Below are positions 10,701 to 21,025 of a stretch of 64,000 nucleotides of DNA, piece after piece. The notes under the pieces were generated by a model, which made no database searches, was not told the origin of the DNA, and saw nothing but the letters and a program-made list of their open reading frames with translations. Every line of letters begins with the position of its first letter. The stretch's first letter is position 1. The stretch comes from Heptranchias perlo (Eukaryota): assembly GCF_035084215.1 (NCBI RefSeq), contig NW_027139401.1, forward strand, positions 62,001 to 126,000, in the 5' to 3' direction. The translations under genes and the position numbers were made by a program.

Positions 10701-13700
10701 GTTGACTCGGGAGCATCGTAGACGACACGGGTGGAGGGGAGGGGATAGTTGGGTATTGAGCTGTCACACAAGGGCCTCCAATACTTTCTCACATGTCTGC
10801 CTGTGTTTTTCTTTCGATCCTAATGTCAGAGCGTGTGTCAGGAACGAACATCACGGCTACTGTCACCCAGGGGATCTGTAACATCACCCTGACCTGCTCA
10901 GTGACCTCAGGCGATCGCACCAGCTTCCGATGGTGGAGGGGACGAGAGGAGTTGGGGAATGACAGCAACCATTATCTCTCTGGACACGGAGAGGAACTCC
11001 GGATCTATTACACATCGGATGTCAAGGAGAGTGTGTACAGGTGTGAAGCCTGGAACCCAGTCAGGAAGGACATTGCACAGGTCGAGCTGAGTGGTGTCTG
11101 TAATATAACCGTATCTGGTAAGTGTCACAGTGAGAGAAACAAACAACTGCATTCAGGTATCAGACAGTCTCGTGTTGTACCTGCCCTGGGAGTGTTTGAT
11201 GGGACAGTGTAGAGGGAGCTTTACTCTGTATCTAACCCTGTACCTGCCCTGGGAGTGTTTGATGGGACAGCGTAGAGGGAGCTTTACTCTGTATCTAACC
11301 CTGTACCTGCCCTGGGAGTGTTCGAGGGGACAGTGTAGAGGGAGCTTTACTCTGTATCTAACCCTGTACCTGCCCTGGGAGTGTTTGACGGGACAGTGTA
11401 GAGGGAGCTTTACTCTGTATCTAACCCTGTACCTGCCCTGGGAGTGTTTGACGGGACAGTGTCGAGGGAGCTTTACCCTGTATCTAACCCTGTACCTGCC
11501 CTGGGAGTGTTTGATGGGACAGTGTCGAGGGAGCATTACTCTGTATCTAACCCTGTACCTGCCCTGGGAGTGTTCGAGGGGACAGTGTAGAGGGAGCTTT
11601 ACTCTGTATCTAACCCTGTACCTGACCCTGGGAGTGTTTGACGGGACAGTGTCGAGGGAGCTTTACTCTGTATCTAACCCTGTACCTGCCCTGGGATTGT
11701 TTGATCCTTGACCTCGCACGGAGCTCGACCTGATTTGGCCCACGGATTGCTCGGTGAGTTGCCTCCGTGATGGTGAAGATCATCCTGTAAAATTGTCCTA
11801 AATTGTCTCTGTCCTTTTCACATCTTCCAGGCGTATCTGTTACGAATTCATCTGACAGCAACTACATTGCCTTCCTCCTTGTTTTTTTAATTCCATGTGT
11901 CGCCTTCTCCATTTATAAATGCCGTCGACATTCCTCCCGTTCAGAAGGTAAGAGATCATCTTCATCTCAATCAATGGGTGTGTCAGACTGCTGACCTTTC
12001 ACCCTCTGGGGTGGGGAGCTTTTTGCGGGGGTGTCAAATCGAGCTGGTTTTATCCCGGGCCCTCAGTGTCTCTTGAACTCTCTCATCGTAGGCTTGGCAA
12101 ATGCTGCAGATGGTCGAAGCTTCGAACGTGCCTCGGTTCCCAACAATTACGTGAGTATTGATGTACCTCGACACGCACACACACACGGAGATCCCACAGC
12201 TTCCCTCACCACCTGTGTGCCCTCCGTAGCCATCAGCTCATCCAAACTCTCGGCTGCCCCCCCTCTCCGTATCCGCACTCGTCCCGTTCGCCCATCACCC
12301 CTCCCCCACATGCTGTCTGAACCCTCCGTTGGCGGCCCATGGTTATCCAAGCCTCTCCGGGGCTTAGAACGGTGCGAGCCCCCTTTTGGCCAAAACGCTT
12401 TGGACCTCTTATCGTTAGTACTGACGGTGAGGGCTGGTTTTGTTATCGTGAATCGGACAATGATGGCAATCAGAGCTTAACTCCATGGGCATTAAACAAC
12501 ACAGGAGCAGGAGGAGGCCATTCGGCCCCTCTAGCCCGTTCCGCCATTCATTGAGATCAGGGCTGATCTGTGACCTCTGCCCCATATCCCTTAATACCCT
12601 TCGGTTAACAAAAACTGAACAATCTGAGATTTAAAATGAACAACTGAGCTGGCATCGACTGCCGTTTGCGGGAGAGAGTTCCAAACTTCTCCCACCCTTT
12701 GCCTGTCGAAGTGTTTCCAAACCTCACCCCTGAAAGTCCTGCCTCGAATTTTTAGACGGTGTCCCCCAGTCCCAACATAAGAGCATAATACCGTAAGAGA
12801 TAGGAGCAGGAGTAGGCCATTCGGCCCCTCGAGCCTGCTCCGCCATTCAATGAGATCATGGCTGATCTGATTTTTACCACAACTCCACTTTCCCGCCCTT
12901 TCCCCATATCCTTTGACTCCCTCGCTGATCAGAAATGTGTCCAACTCGGCCTTGAATGTACTCAGTGACTCGGCCTCCACAGCTTTTTGGGGCAAAGAAT
13001 TCCAAAGATTCACGACCCCCTGGGAGAAGAAATTCCTCCTCATTTCCGTCTTACTCTGGGACTATGCCCCCTCGTTTTAGATTCCCCCATGAGGGATAAC
13101 ATCCTCTCAGCATCTACCCTGTCGAGTCCCCAACCAGCAGGAATAGTTTCTCTCTATCTCCCCTATCAGTTCCCCTTAATAGCTTAAAAACTTCGATCAA
13201 ATCACCCCTTAATCTTCTAAATTCCAGGGAATACAACCCTAGTTTGTGTGTTCTCTCCTCGGAATTTAACTCTTGGAGTCCAGGTATCGTTCTGGTGAAC
13301 CTACGCTGCACTCCCTCCAAGGCCACTATCTCCTTCCCAAGGTGCGGTGCCCAGAACTGAATCCAGTACTCCAGGTGTGGTCTAACCAGGGCTCTGTATC
13401 GCTGTACAATAACTTCTACCCCCCCCCACCACCTTGTATTCCAGTCCTCCGTATATAGAGTCCAGCAACAATAATCTGCATTTATCCAGTGCCTTTCAAC
13501 GTAGTGAAACGTCACAAGGTGCTTCCCAGGAGCGTAAATCAGGCAAAATGAGACCCCGAGCCACATATTAGGAGATATCAGGACAGGTGACCAAAAGCTT
13601 GGGTCAAAGAGGGAGTTTTAAGGAGAGTCTTAAAGGAGGAGAGAGAGGGGTGGAGAGGTTTAGGGAGGGAATTCCAGAGCACAGAGGCCCCAGGCAGCTG

Positions 13701-15817
13701 AAGGCACGGCCGCCAATGGTGGAGCGATGGGAATCGGGGGGATGGGCAAGAGGCCAGAATTGGAGAAGCGCAGAGATCCGGGGGGGGGGGTTGGGGGGCT
13801 GGTTGGAGAGGCTGGAGGAGGTTACAGAGATCTGGGAGGATTGGAGGGGCTGGTGGGGGTTGCAGAGATCTGGGAGGATTGGAGGGGCTGGAGGAGGTTA
13901 CAGAGATCTGGGAGGGTCGGAGGGGCTGGAGGAGGTTGCAGAGATCTGGGAGGATTGGAGGGGCTGGAGGATGTTACAAAGATCTGCGAGGGTTGGAGGG
14001 GCTGGAGGAGGTTACAAAGATCTGGGAGGGTCGGAGGGGCTGGAGGAGGTTACAGAGATCTGGGAGGGTTGGAGGGGCTGGAGGAGGTTAGAGATCTGGG
14101 AGGATTGGAGGGGCTGGAGGAGGTTAGAGATCTGGGAGGATTGGAGGGGCTGGAGGGGGTTGCAGAGATCTGGGAGGATTGGAGGGGCTGGAGGAGGTTA
14201 CAGAGATCTGGGAGGGTCGGAGGGGCTGGAGGAGGGTTACAGAGATCTGGGAGGGTCGGAGGGGCTGGAGGAGGGTTACAGAGATCTGGGAGGGTCGGAG
14301 GGGCTGGAGGAGGGTTACAGAGATCTGGGAGGGTCGGTGGGGCTGGAGGAGGTTAGAGATCTGGGAGGATTGGAGGGGCTGGAGGGGGTTACAGAGATCT
14401 AGGAGGATTGGAGGGGCTGGAGGAGGTTACAGAGATCTGGGAGGGTCGGAGGGGCTGGAGGAGGGTTACAGAGATCTGGGAGGGTCGGAGGGGCTGGAGG
14501 AGGGTTACAGAGATCTGGGAGGGTCGGAGGGGCTGGAGGAGGGTTACAGAGATCTGGGAGGGTCGGAGGGGCTGGAGGAGGTTACAGAGATCTGGGAGGG
14601 TCGGAGGGGCTGGAGGAGGTTACAGAGATCTAGGAGGGTTGGAGGGGCTGGAGGAGGTTACAGAGATCTGGGAGGGTCGGTGGGGCTGGAGGAGGTTAGA
14701 GATCTGGGAGGATTGGAGGGGCTGGAGGGGGTTGCAGAGATCTGGGAGCATTGGAGGGGCTGGAGGAGGTTACAGAGATCTGGGAGGGTCGGAGGGGCTG
14801 GAGGAGGGTTACAGAGATCTGGGAGGGTCGGAGGGGCTGGAGGAGGGTTACAGAGATCTGGGAGGGTCGGAGGGGCTGGAGGAGGGTTACAGAGATCTGG
14901 GAGGGTCGGAGGGGCTGGAGGAGGTTACAGAGATCTGGGAGGGTCGGAGGGGCTGGAGGAGGTTACAGAGATCTAGGAGGGTTGGAGGGGCTGGAGGAGG
15001 TTACAGGGATCTGGGAGGGTTGGAGGGGCTGGAGGAGGTTACAAAGATCTGCGAGGGTTGGAGGGGCTGGAGGAGGTTACAGGGATCTGAGAGGGTTGGA
15101 GGGGCTGGAGGAGGTTACAGGGATCTGGGAGGGTTGGAGGGGCTGGAGGGGGTTGCAGAGATCTGGGAGGATTGGAGGGGCTGGAGGAGGTTACAGAGAT
15201 CTGGGAGGGTCGGAGGGGCTGGAGGAGGTTACAGAGATCTGGGAGGGTCGGAGGGGCTGGAGGAGGTTACAGAGATCTGGGAGGGTTGGGGGGACTGGAG
15301 GAGGTTTCAGAGATCTGGGAGGGGTTGGGGGCGAGGGCCATGGAGGGGATTTGAACACGAGGATGGGATCATTTTAAAATCGAGGCATTGCTGGACCGGT
15401 TACCAATGTAGGTCCAGCGAGCACCGGGGGGGGTGACAGGTGAACGGGACCTAGGATGCGGGGGGCAGCAGAGTTTGGGACGAGTGGATGGTTACGGAGC
15501 GTGCAGAGGTGAGAAAGCATTGGGGAATACTCGAGTGTGGGGGTGACAAAGGGCACGGATGAGGATTTCAGCAACAGATGAGCTGAGGCGGGAAGTGGAG
15601 GGGGGGGGGCCGGAGACGGGCGATGTTACAGGAGGTGGAAGCAGGCAGTCTTGGTGATGGAGCAGAAATGTGGCCGCAATCGGACGCAAAGTTGAGAACA
15701 TTCCTGAGTGTGTCATTTTTTTTCCCTTCCCGTCCCGAGGCATCGCAGGTTAACAGCGAGAACCCGGAAAGCCCGCCCCCCGTCTCCGCAGAGGTACAAC
15801 GCTCGAGCGGAACGTGA
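7749..15817 (+). CDS. CD2/SLAM-family IgSF receptor, gene 1 (about 306 aa). Exons: 7749-7815 leader, 9519-9839 IgV, 10830-11117 IgC2, 11831-11947 TM, 12092-12150 cytoplasmic, 15749-15817 cytoplasmic plus stop (last exon least certain)
   Basis: Canonical GT-AG junctions with matching phases (1,1,1,1,0) give an open frame. Leader MWQLCAGRVWSLVCVFLFAICV. IgV has the C-strand Trp and LQISGLQREDSGVYEV but no B/F cysteines. IgC2 has CNITLTC...YRCEAWNPV...C (four Cys). TM YIAFLLVFLIPCVAFSIY then KCRR. Cys-less V plus two-disulfide C2 is the established CD2/SLAM architecture. Confidence 0.88.
7962..8381. repeat. CT-rich low-complexity tract followed by a 129-N run in intron 1 (paralogs 22352-22934, 42203-42785, 57715-58297)
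   Basis: Imperfect (CT)n tract, with N at 8253-8381, 22806-22934, 42657-42785 and 58169-58297. Confidence 0.9.
8695..9333 (-). repeat. 63-bp minisatellite array in intron 1 of gene 1 (about 10 units)
   Basis: Reverse complement of the upstream unit: gggagtgtttgatgggacagtgtagagggagctttactctgtatctaaccctgtacctgccct. Confidence 0.95.
10041..10228. repeat. 95-bp tandem repeat in intron 2: 2 copies in gene 1, 4 in gene 2 (29460-29836), 4 in gene 3 (44927-45303), 2 in gene 4 (60439-60626)
   Basis: Unit actcaatcccagtgtaaaccctgttcccatcggagggatggagaggggagatgaaacaggttccccacaatctcagactcactgtgaaatacctc. Confidence 0.9.
11176..11705 (-). repeat. 63-bp minisatellite array in intron 3 between the C2 and TM exons (paralogs 30785-31503, 46252-46970, 61574-62252)
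   Basis: Same unit and orientation as the intron 1 arrays. Confidence 0.95.
12495..13420 (-). mobile_element. Cluster of CR1 LINE 3' fragments in intron 5 (paralogs 32294-33219, 47761-48686)
   Basis: RRNFFSQGVVNLWNSLPQKAVEA and LVRPHLEY...LYSLEFRRLRGDLIEVFK ORF2 C-terminal motifs, and two ggccattcggcccct CR1 3'-end motifs. Confidence 0.85.
13464..15680 (-). mobile_element. L2-type LINE 3' fragment with an internal minisatellite expansion (paralogs about 33263-35293 and 48730-50803)
   Basis: Minus-strand SITKTACFHL / NIARLRP / LSSSVAEILIRA remnants, and an L2-like 3' end (tgcatttat..agtgcctt..aacgtagt on the + strand). Confidence 0.75.
13795..15320. repeat. 36-39-bp G-rich minisatellite inside the L2 (paralogs 33595-34935, 49065-50445)
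   Basis: Unit gagatctgggagggtcggaggggctggaggaggttaca. Confidence 0.92.
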
Positions 15818-16159
15818 AACGGACCCAGGATTCGGCCGGGCAAGGCATGAGGCGGACAAAGAATGCAGACGCCCGGGGAAGTGAGAGACGTCTGGGCCGG
15901 ACAGTCATGGGGAAAAACACCTCCCCCCACACCCCCCCGACAGTGGCCGAGAACAAACTGAGACAGATACCCGACCTTAATATCCTTCGTCCTTCAAACT
16001 CAATTTACCACCGTCCGTTCAGCTTAATACCCTTTCTAAAACCCTGGCCCCGGAGAGACCCTCCTTTATATCGCGCTGCACCTCACCTCGCGCACACTCC
16101 CACCCCCGAGGTTTCCAATACCACCGTTCACTAACCCCTCCCCATCCCTGCCGCCTCCC

Positions 16160-17123
16160 TGTGCTCACTGTTGTAATGTGGGAAACACGGCAGCCAATTT
16201 GTGCACAGCAAGATCCCATAAACAGCACCGTGATAAATGACCCAGATCATCTGTTTTTTTCGTGATGCTGTTCGAAAGATAAATATCGGGGCCCAGGACC
16301 CCGGGGAGAACTCCCCCCTGCTCTTCATCCAATAGTGGCCGTGGGATCTTTCACATCCACCTGAGAGGGGCAGACGGGGTCCTCGGTTTAAAGTCTCATC
16401 TGAAAGATGGCACCTCCGACAGTGCAGCACTCCCTCAGTACTGACCCTCCGACAGTGCGGCGCTCCCTCAGTACTGACCCTCCGACAGTGCAGCACTCCC
16501 TCAGTACTGACCCTCCGACAGTGCGGCGCGCCCTCAGTACTGACCCTCCGACAGTGCAGCGCTCCCTCAGTACTGACCCTCCGACAGTGCGGCGCTCCCT
16601 CAGTACTGACCCTCCGACAGTGCAGCACGCCCTCAGTACTGACCCTCCGACAGTGCAGCACTCCCTCAGTACTGACCCTCCGACAGTGCAGCACTCCCTC
16701 AGTACTGACCCTCTGACAGTGCAGCACTCCCTCAGTACTGACCCTCCGACAGTGTGGCGCTCCCTCAGTACTGACCCTCCGACAGTGCAGCGCTCCCTCA
16801 GTACTGACCCTCCGACAGTGCGGCGCTCCCTCAGTACTGACCCTCCGACAGTGCAGCGCGCCCTCAGTACTGACCCTCCGACAGTGCAGCACTCCCTCAG
16901 TACTGACCCTCCGACAGTGCAGCACTCCCTCAGTACTGACCCTCTGACAGTGCAGCACTCCCTCAGTACTGACCCTCCGACAGTGTGGCGCTCCCTCAGT
17001 ACTGACCCTCTGACAGTGCAGCACTCCCTCAGTACTGCCTCGACTTTGTGCTCAAGTCTCGAGAGTGGGACTTTCACCCACGACCTTCGAACTCAGAGGC
17101 GCGAGTGACCCCCGTTGAGCTCC
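16160..17123 (-). mobile_element. tRNA-derived Deu-domain SINE (SacSINE1-like) with an internal 33-bp expansion (paralogs 35775-36672, 51284-52148)
   Basis: Degenerate tRNA-like head on the minus strand at about 17050-17123. Deu-like core ggtttaaagtctcatctgaaagatggcacctccgacagtgcagcactccctcagtactg. The family assignment is from recalled consensus, not a search. Confidence 0.7.
16412..17037. repeat. 33-bp minisatellite: 19 units here, 17 in unit 2, 16 in unit 3. Short arrays also at 21035-21207, 41148-41320 and 56660-56832
   Basis: Unit ccctccgacagtgcagcactccctcagtactga. Confidence 0.92.
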
Positions 17124-17488
17124 GAGCAACTCAACGACAGAAGACAAGTTTGAAAGGAACTTTGCCCAGAAGAGTTCTGAAGCATCTTCAGGACGGTTCG
17201 AAGAGGGCCTTTGGTTCACAAGACAATGTACTTGGAGAAACGGTGCTGAAATAACCAGAGATCCTCGGGAAGAGATAAGTGCATTACGGGTAGAGTGAGG
17301 TTGCATGTGTTGCTTGATTTGCTTGTGCGAATTGTTTAAACCATGAAACATTATCCTCGAACGTGTGACCTTTTGTTTTTGACTGACCGTTGTCCGCGTT
17401 CAAGGGTCGCGGGAAAATCAGACGATTGAATCTTCATTTCAGGATCTGACGTTCCTCATTATCGTTCCGTGTCTTTCTGCTCCCTCTC

Positions 17489-17494
17489 AATAAA
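17489..17494 (+). terminator. Candidate polyadenylation signal of gene 1 (paralogs 37038-37043 and 52514-52519)
   Basis: AATAAA about 45 nt downstream of a good acceptor (tcttcatttcag, 17442), in non-repeat sequence after the last coding exon. Confidence 0.35.
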
Positions 17495-17512
17495 ACTGTC
17501 TGAAAGGCTTTC

Positions 17513-17882
17513 AGAGAATCGTAGAGTGGTTCCAACATAGAAGGAGGCCATTTGGCCCATCGAGCACCGTGCCAGCTCCACACAACTGGTCCCACTCCCC
17601 CCCGACTCCCGCCCTTTCCCCGTAGCTCTGCCAATTTTTTCCCTTCAGGTATTTATCCAACTCCCTTTCGAAAGCCACGATTGAATCTGCCTCCACCTCC
17701 CTTTCAGGCAACGTATTCCAGATCCTAACCACTCGCTGCGTAAAAAAGATTTTCCCCTGTCGCCTTTGGTTCTTTTGCCAGTCCCCTTAACTCTGCGTCC
17801 TCTGCTTCCCGACCCTTCCGCCAATGGGAACACTTTCTCATTGTTTGCTTTATCCAAAGCCATCATGATTTTGGACACTTCT
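17513..17882 (-). mobile_element. CR1 LINE 3' end fragment (paralogs 37062-37431, 52538-52907)
   Basis: VRIWNTLPEREVEADSIVAFERELDKYL plus the ggccatttggccc tail motif. Confidence 0.8.
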
Positions 17883-17892
17883 GTCCTGAAAT

Positions 17893-19371
17893 CACAGGTG
17901 ATATCAAGAAACGGCTGAGTGCACTGGATACAGCAAAGGCGATGGGCCCCGACAACATCCCGGCTGTAGTGCTGAAGTCTTGTGCTCCAGAACTAGCCGC
18001 GCCTCCAGCCAAACTGTTCCACTTCAGCTACAACACTGGCATCTACCCGACAATGTGGAAAATTGCCCAGGTATGTCCTGTCCACAAAAAGCAGGACAAA
18101 TCCAATCCGGCCAATTACCACCCCATCAGTCTACTCTCAATCACCAGCAAAGTGATGGAAGGTGTCGTCGACAGTGCTATCAAGCGGCACTTACTCACCA
18201 ATAACCTGCTCACCGATGCTCAGTTTGGGTTCCGCCAGGACCACTCGGCTCCAGACCTCATTACAGCCTTGGTCCAAACATGGACAAAAGAGCTGAATTC
18301 CAGAGGTGAGGTGAGGGTGACTGCCCTTGACATCAAGGCAGCATTTGACCGAGTGTGGCACCAAGGAGCCCGAGTAAAATTGAAGTCAAATTGAAGCGGG
18401 GAAAACTCTCCAGTGGCTGGAGTCATACCTAGCACAAAGGAAGATGGTAGTGGTTGTTGGAGGCCAATCATCTCAACCCTCAGGGTAGTGTCCTAGGCCC
18501 AACCATCTTCAGCTGCTGCATCAATGACCTTCTCTCCACCATAAGGCCAGAAATGGGGATGTTCGCTGATGATTGCACAGTGTTCAGTTCCATTCGCAAC
18601 CCCTCAGATAATGAAGCAGTCCGTGCCCGAATGCAGCAAGACCTGGACAACTTGCCACATATCAGGCTTGGGCTGATAAGTGGCAAGTATCATTCGCACC
18701 AGACAAGTGGCAGGCAATGACCATCTCCAAAAAGAGAGAGTCTAACCACCTCCCCTTGACATTCAACGGTATTACCATCACTGAATCCCCCACCATCAAC
18801 ATCTCGGTGGTCACCATTGATCAGAAACATAACTGGACCAACCATATAAATACTGTGGCAACAAGAGCAGGTCAGAGGCTGGGTATTCTGCGGCGAGTGA
18901 CTCACCTCCTGACTCCCCAAAGCCTTTTCACCATCTACAAGGCACAAGTCTGGAGCGTGATGGAATACTCTCCACTTGCCTGGATGAGAGCAGCTCCAAC
19001 AACACTCAAGAAGCTCGACAGGATTCACTGCAGCAACTCGCCAAGGCTTCTTCGACAGCACGCCCCAAACCCGCGACCTCTACCACCTGGAAGGACAAGA
19101 GCAGCAGGCACATGGGAACAACACCACCTGCACGTTCCCCTCCAAGTCACACACCATCCCGACTTGGAAATATATCGGCCGTTCCTTCATCGTCGCTGGG
19201 TCAAAATCCTGGAATTCCCTTCCTAACAGCACTGTGGGAGAACCGTCACCACACGGACTGCAGCGGTTCAAGAAGGCGGCTCACCACCACCTTCTCAAGG
19301 GGCAATTAGGGATGGGCAATAAATGCCGGCCTCGCCAGCGACGCCCACATCCCATGAACGAATAAAAAAAA
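17893..19371 (+). mobile_element. 5'-truncated decayed CR1/L2-group LINE with RT domain and poly(A)
   Basis: GPDNIP...NPANY.PISLLS...QFGFRQ...LDIKAAFDRVWH, PQGSVLGP and FADD motifs, with frameshifts and an A-tail. Confidence 0.88.
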
Positions 19372-19372
19372 G

Positions 19373-21025
19373 GTGCAGGATTAGATACACTGTCCCGTCA
19401 AACACTCCTGGGGCAAGTACCGGATTAGATACAGAGTAAAGCTCCATTTGCACTGTCCCATCAAACACTCCCAGGGCAGGTACAGGGAGTTGGATACAGA
19501 GTAAAGCTCCCTCTGCACTGTCCCATCAAACACTCCCAGGGCAGGTACAGGGAGTTAGATACAGAGTAAAGCTCCCTCTGCACTGTCCCATCAAACACTC
19601 CCAGGGCAGGTACAGGGAGTTAGATACAGAGGAAAGCTCCCTCTACACTTTCCCATCAAACACTCACAGGACAGGTACAGGGTTAGATACAGAGTAAAGC
19701 TCCCTCGACACTGTCCCATCAAACAAACCCAGGGCAGGTACAGGGAGTTAGATACAGAGTAAAGCTCCCTCTATACTGTCCCATCAAACACACCCAGGGC
19801 AGGTACAGGGAGTTAGATACAGAGTAAAGCTCCCTCTGCACTGTCCCATCAAACACTCCCAGGGCAGGTACAGGGAGTTAGATACAGAGGAAAGCTCCCT
19901 CTACACTTTCCCATCAAACACTCACAGGACAGGTACAGGGTTAGATACAGAGTAAAGCTCCCTCGACACTGTCCCATCAAACACTCCCAAGGCAGGTACA
20001 GGGTTCGATACAGAGTAAAGCTCCCTCTACACTGTCCCATCAAACACTCTCAGGGCAGGTACAGGGTTCGATACAGAGTAAAGCTCCCTCTACACTGTCC
20101 CATCAAACACTCCCAGGGCAGGTACAGGGTTAGATACAGAGTAAAGCTCCCTCTACACTGTCCCATCAAACACTCCCAGGGCAGGTACAGGGTTAGATAC
20201 AGAGTAAAGCTCCCTCTGCACTGTCCTGTCAAACACTCCCAGGGCAGGTACAGGGAGTTGGATACAGAGTAAAGCTCCCTCTACACCGTCCCATTAAACA
20301 CTCCCAGGGCAGGTACAGGGTTAGATACAGAGTAAAGCTCCCTCTACACTGTCCCATCAAACACTCCCAAGGCAGGTACAGGGTTCGATACAGAGTAAAG
20401 CTCCCTCTACACTGTCCCATCAAACACTCTCAGGGCAGGTACAGGGTTCGATACAGAGTAAAGCTCCCTCTACACTGTCCCATCAAACACTCCCAGGGCA
20501 GGTACAGGGTTGGATTGAGAGTAAAGCTCCCTCTACACTGTCCCATCAAACACTCTCAGGGCAGGTTCAGGGTTAGATACAGAGTAAAGCTCCCTCTACA
20601 CTGTCCCGTCAAACACTCCCAGAGCAGGTACAGGGTTAGATACAGAGTAAAGCTCCCTCTGCACTGTCCCATCAAACACTCCCAGGGCAGGTACCGGGTG
20701 AGATACAGAGTAAAGCTCCCTCTACACTGTCCCATCGAACACTCCCAGGGGCAGGTACAGGGTTAGATACAGAGTAAAGCTCCCTCTACACTGTCCCATC
20801 AAACACTCCCAGGGCAGGTACCGGGTGAGATACAGAGTAAAGCTCCCTCTACACTGTCCCATCAAACACTCCCAGGGCAGGTACAGGGTTAGATACAGAG
20901 TAAAGCTCTCTCTACACTGTCCCATCAAACATTCCCAGGGCAGGTACAGGGTTAGATTCAGAGTAAAGCTCCCTCCACACTGTCCCATCAAACACTCCCA
21001 GGGCAGGAACTGCACAGGTTAGATG
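19373..21025 (+). repeat. 63-bp minisatellite array upstream of gene 2
   Basis: Same unit and orientation as 3165-6730. Confidence 0.95.

Noticed and set aside
10099-11132. Possible V(D)J recombination signals: CACTGTG in each 95-bp repeat (12 nt from ggttcccca) and CACAGTG at 11126-11132 after the C2 exon
   Set aside because: The nonamers are poor (4/9 match) or absent at 12 and 23 nt spacing, and the V exon is complete in the germline. Most likely chance heptamers.
13587-15436. Gly/Arg/Trp-rich ORFs up to 548 aa (also 33386-35049 and 48853-50558)
   Set aside because: Multi-frame ORFs from a stop-poor G-rich VNTR inside an antisense L2 in an intron.
7749-15817. Assigning a specific symbol (CD2, CD48, CD84, SLAMF9) or calling the genes CEACAM
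   Set aside because: Orthology cannot be fixed without a phylogeny. The extra C2 cysteine pair favours CD2/SLAM over CEACAM.
15814-16134. 106-aa ORF after the gene 1 stop as an extended cytoplasmic tail
   Set aside because: It is in a different frame from exon 6 in all three copies, has no acceptor leading into it, and has no convincing signalling motif.
16131-17108. STDPPTVQHSL mucin-like ORF
   Set aside because: A 33-bp expansion within a SINE. It lies after the stop codon and has no supporting splice sites.
17050-17123. tRNA gene on the minus strand
   Set aside because: A degenerate tRNA-derived SINE head with no intact cloverleaf.
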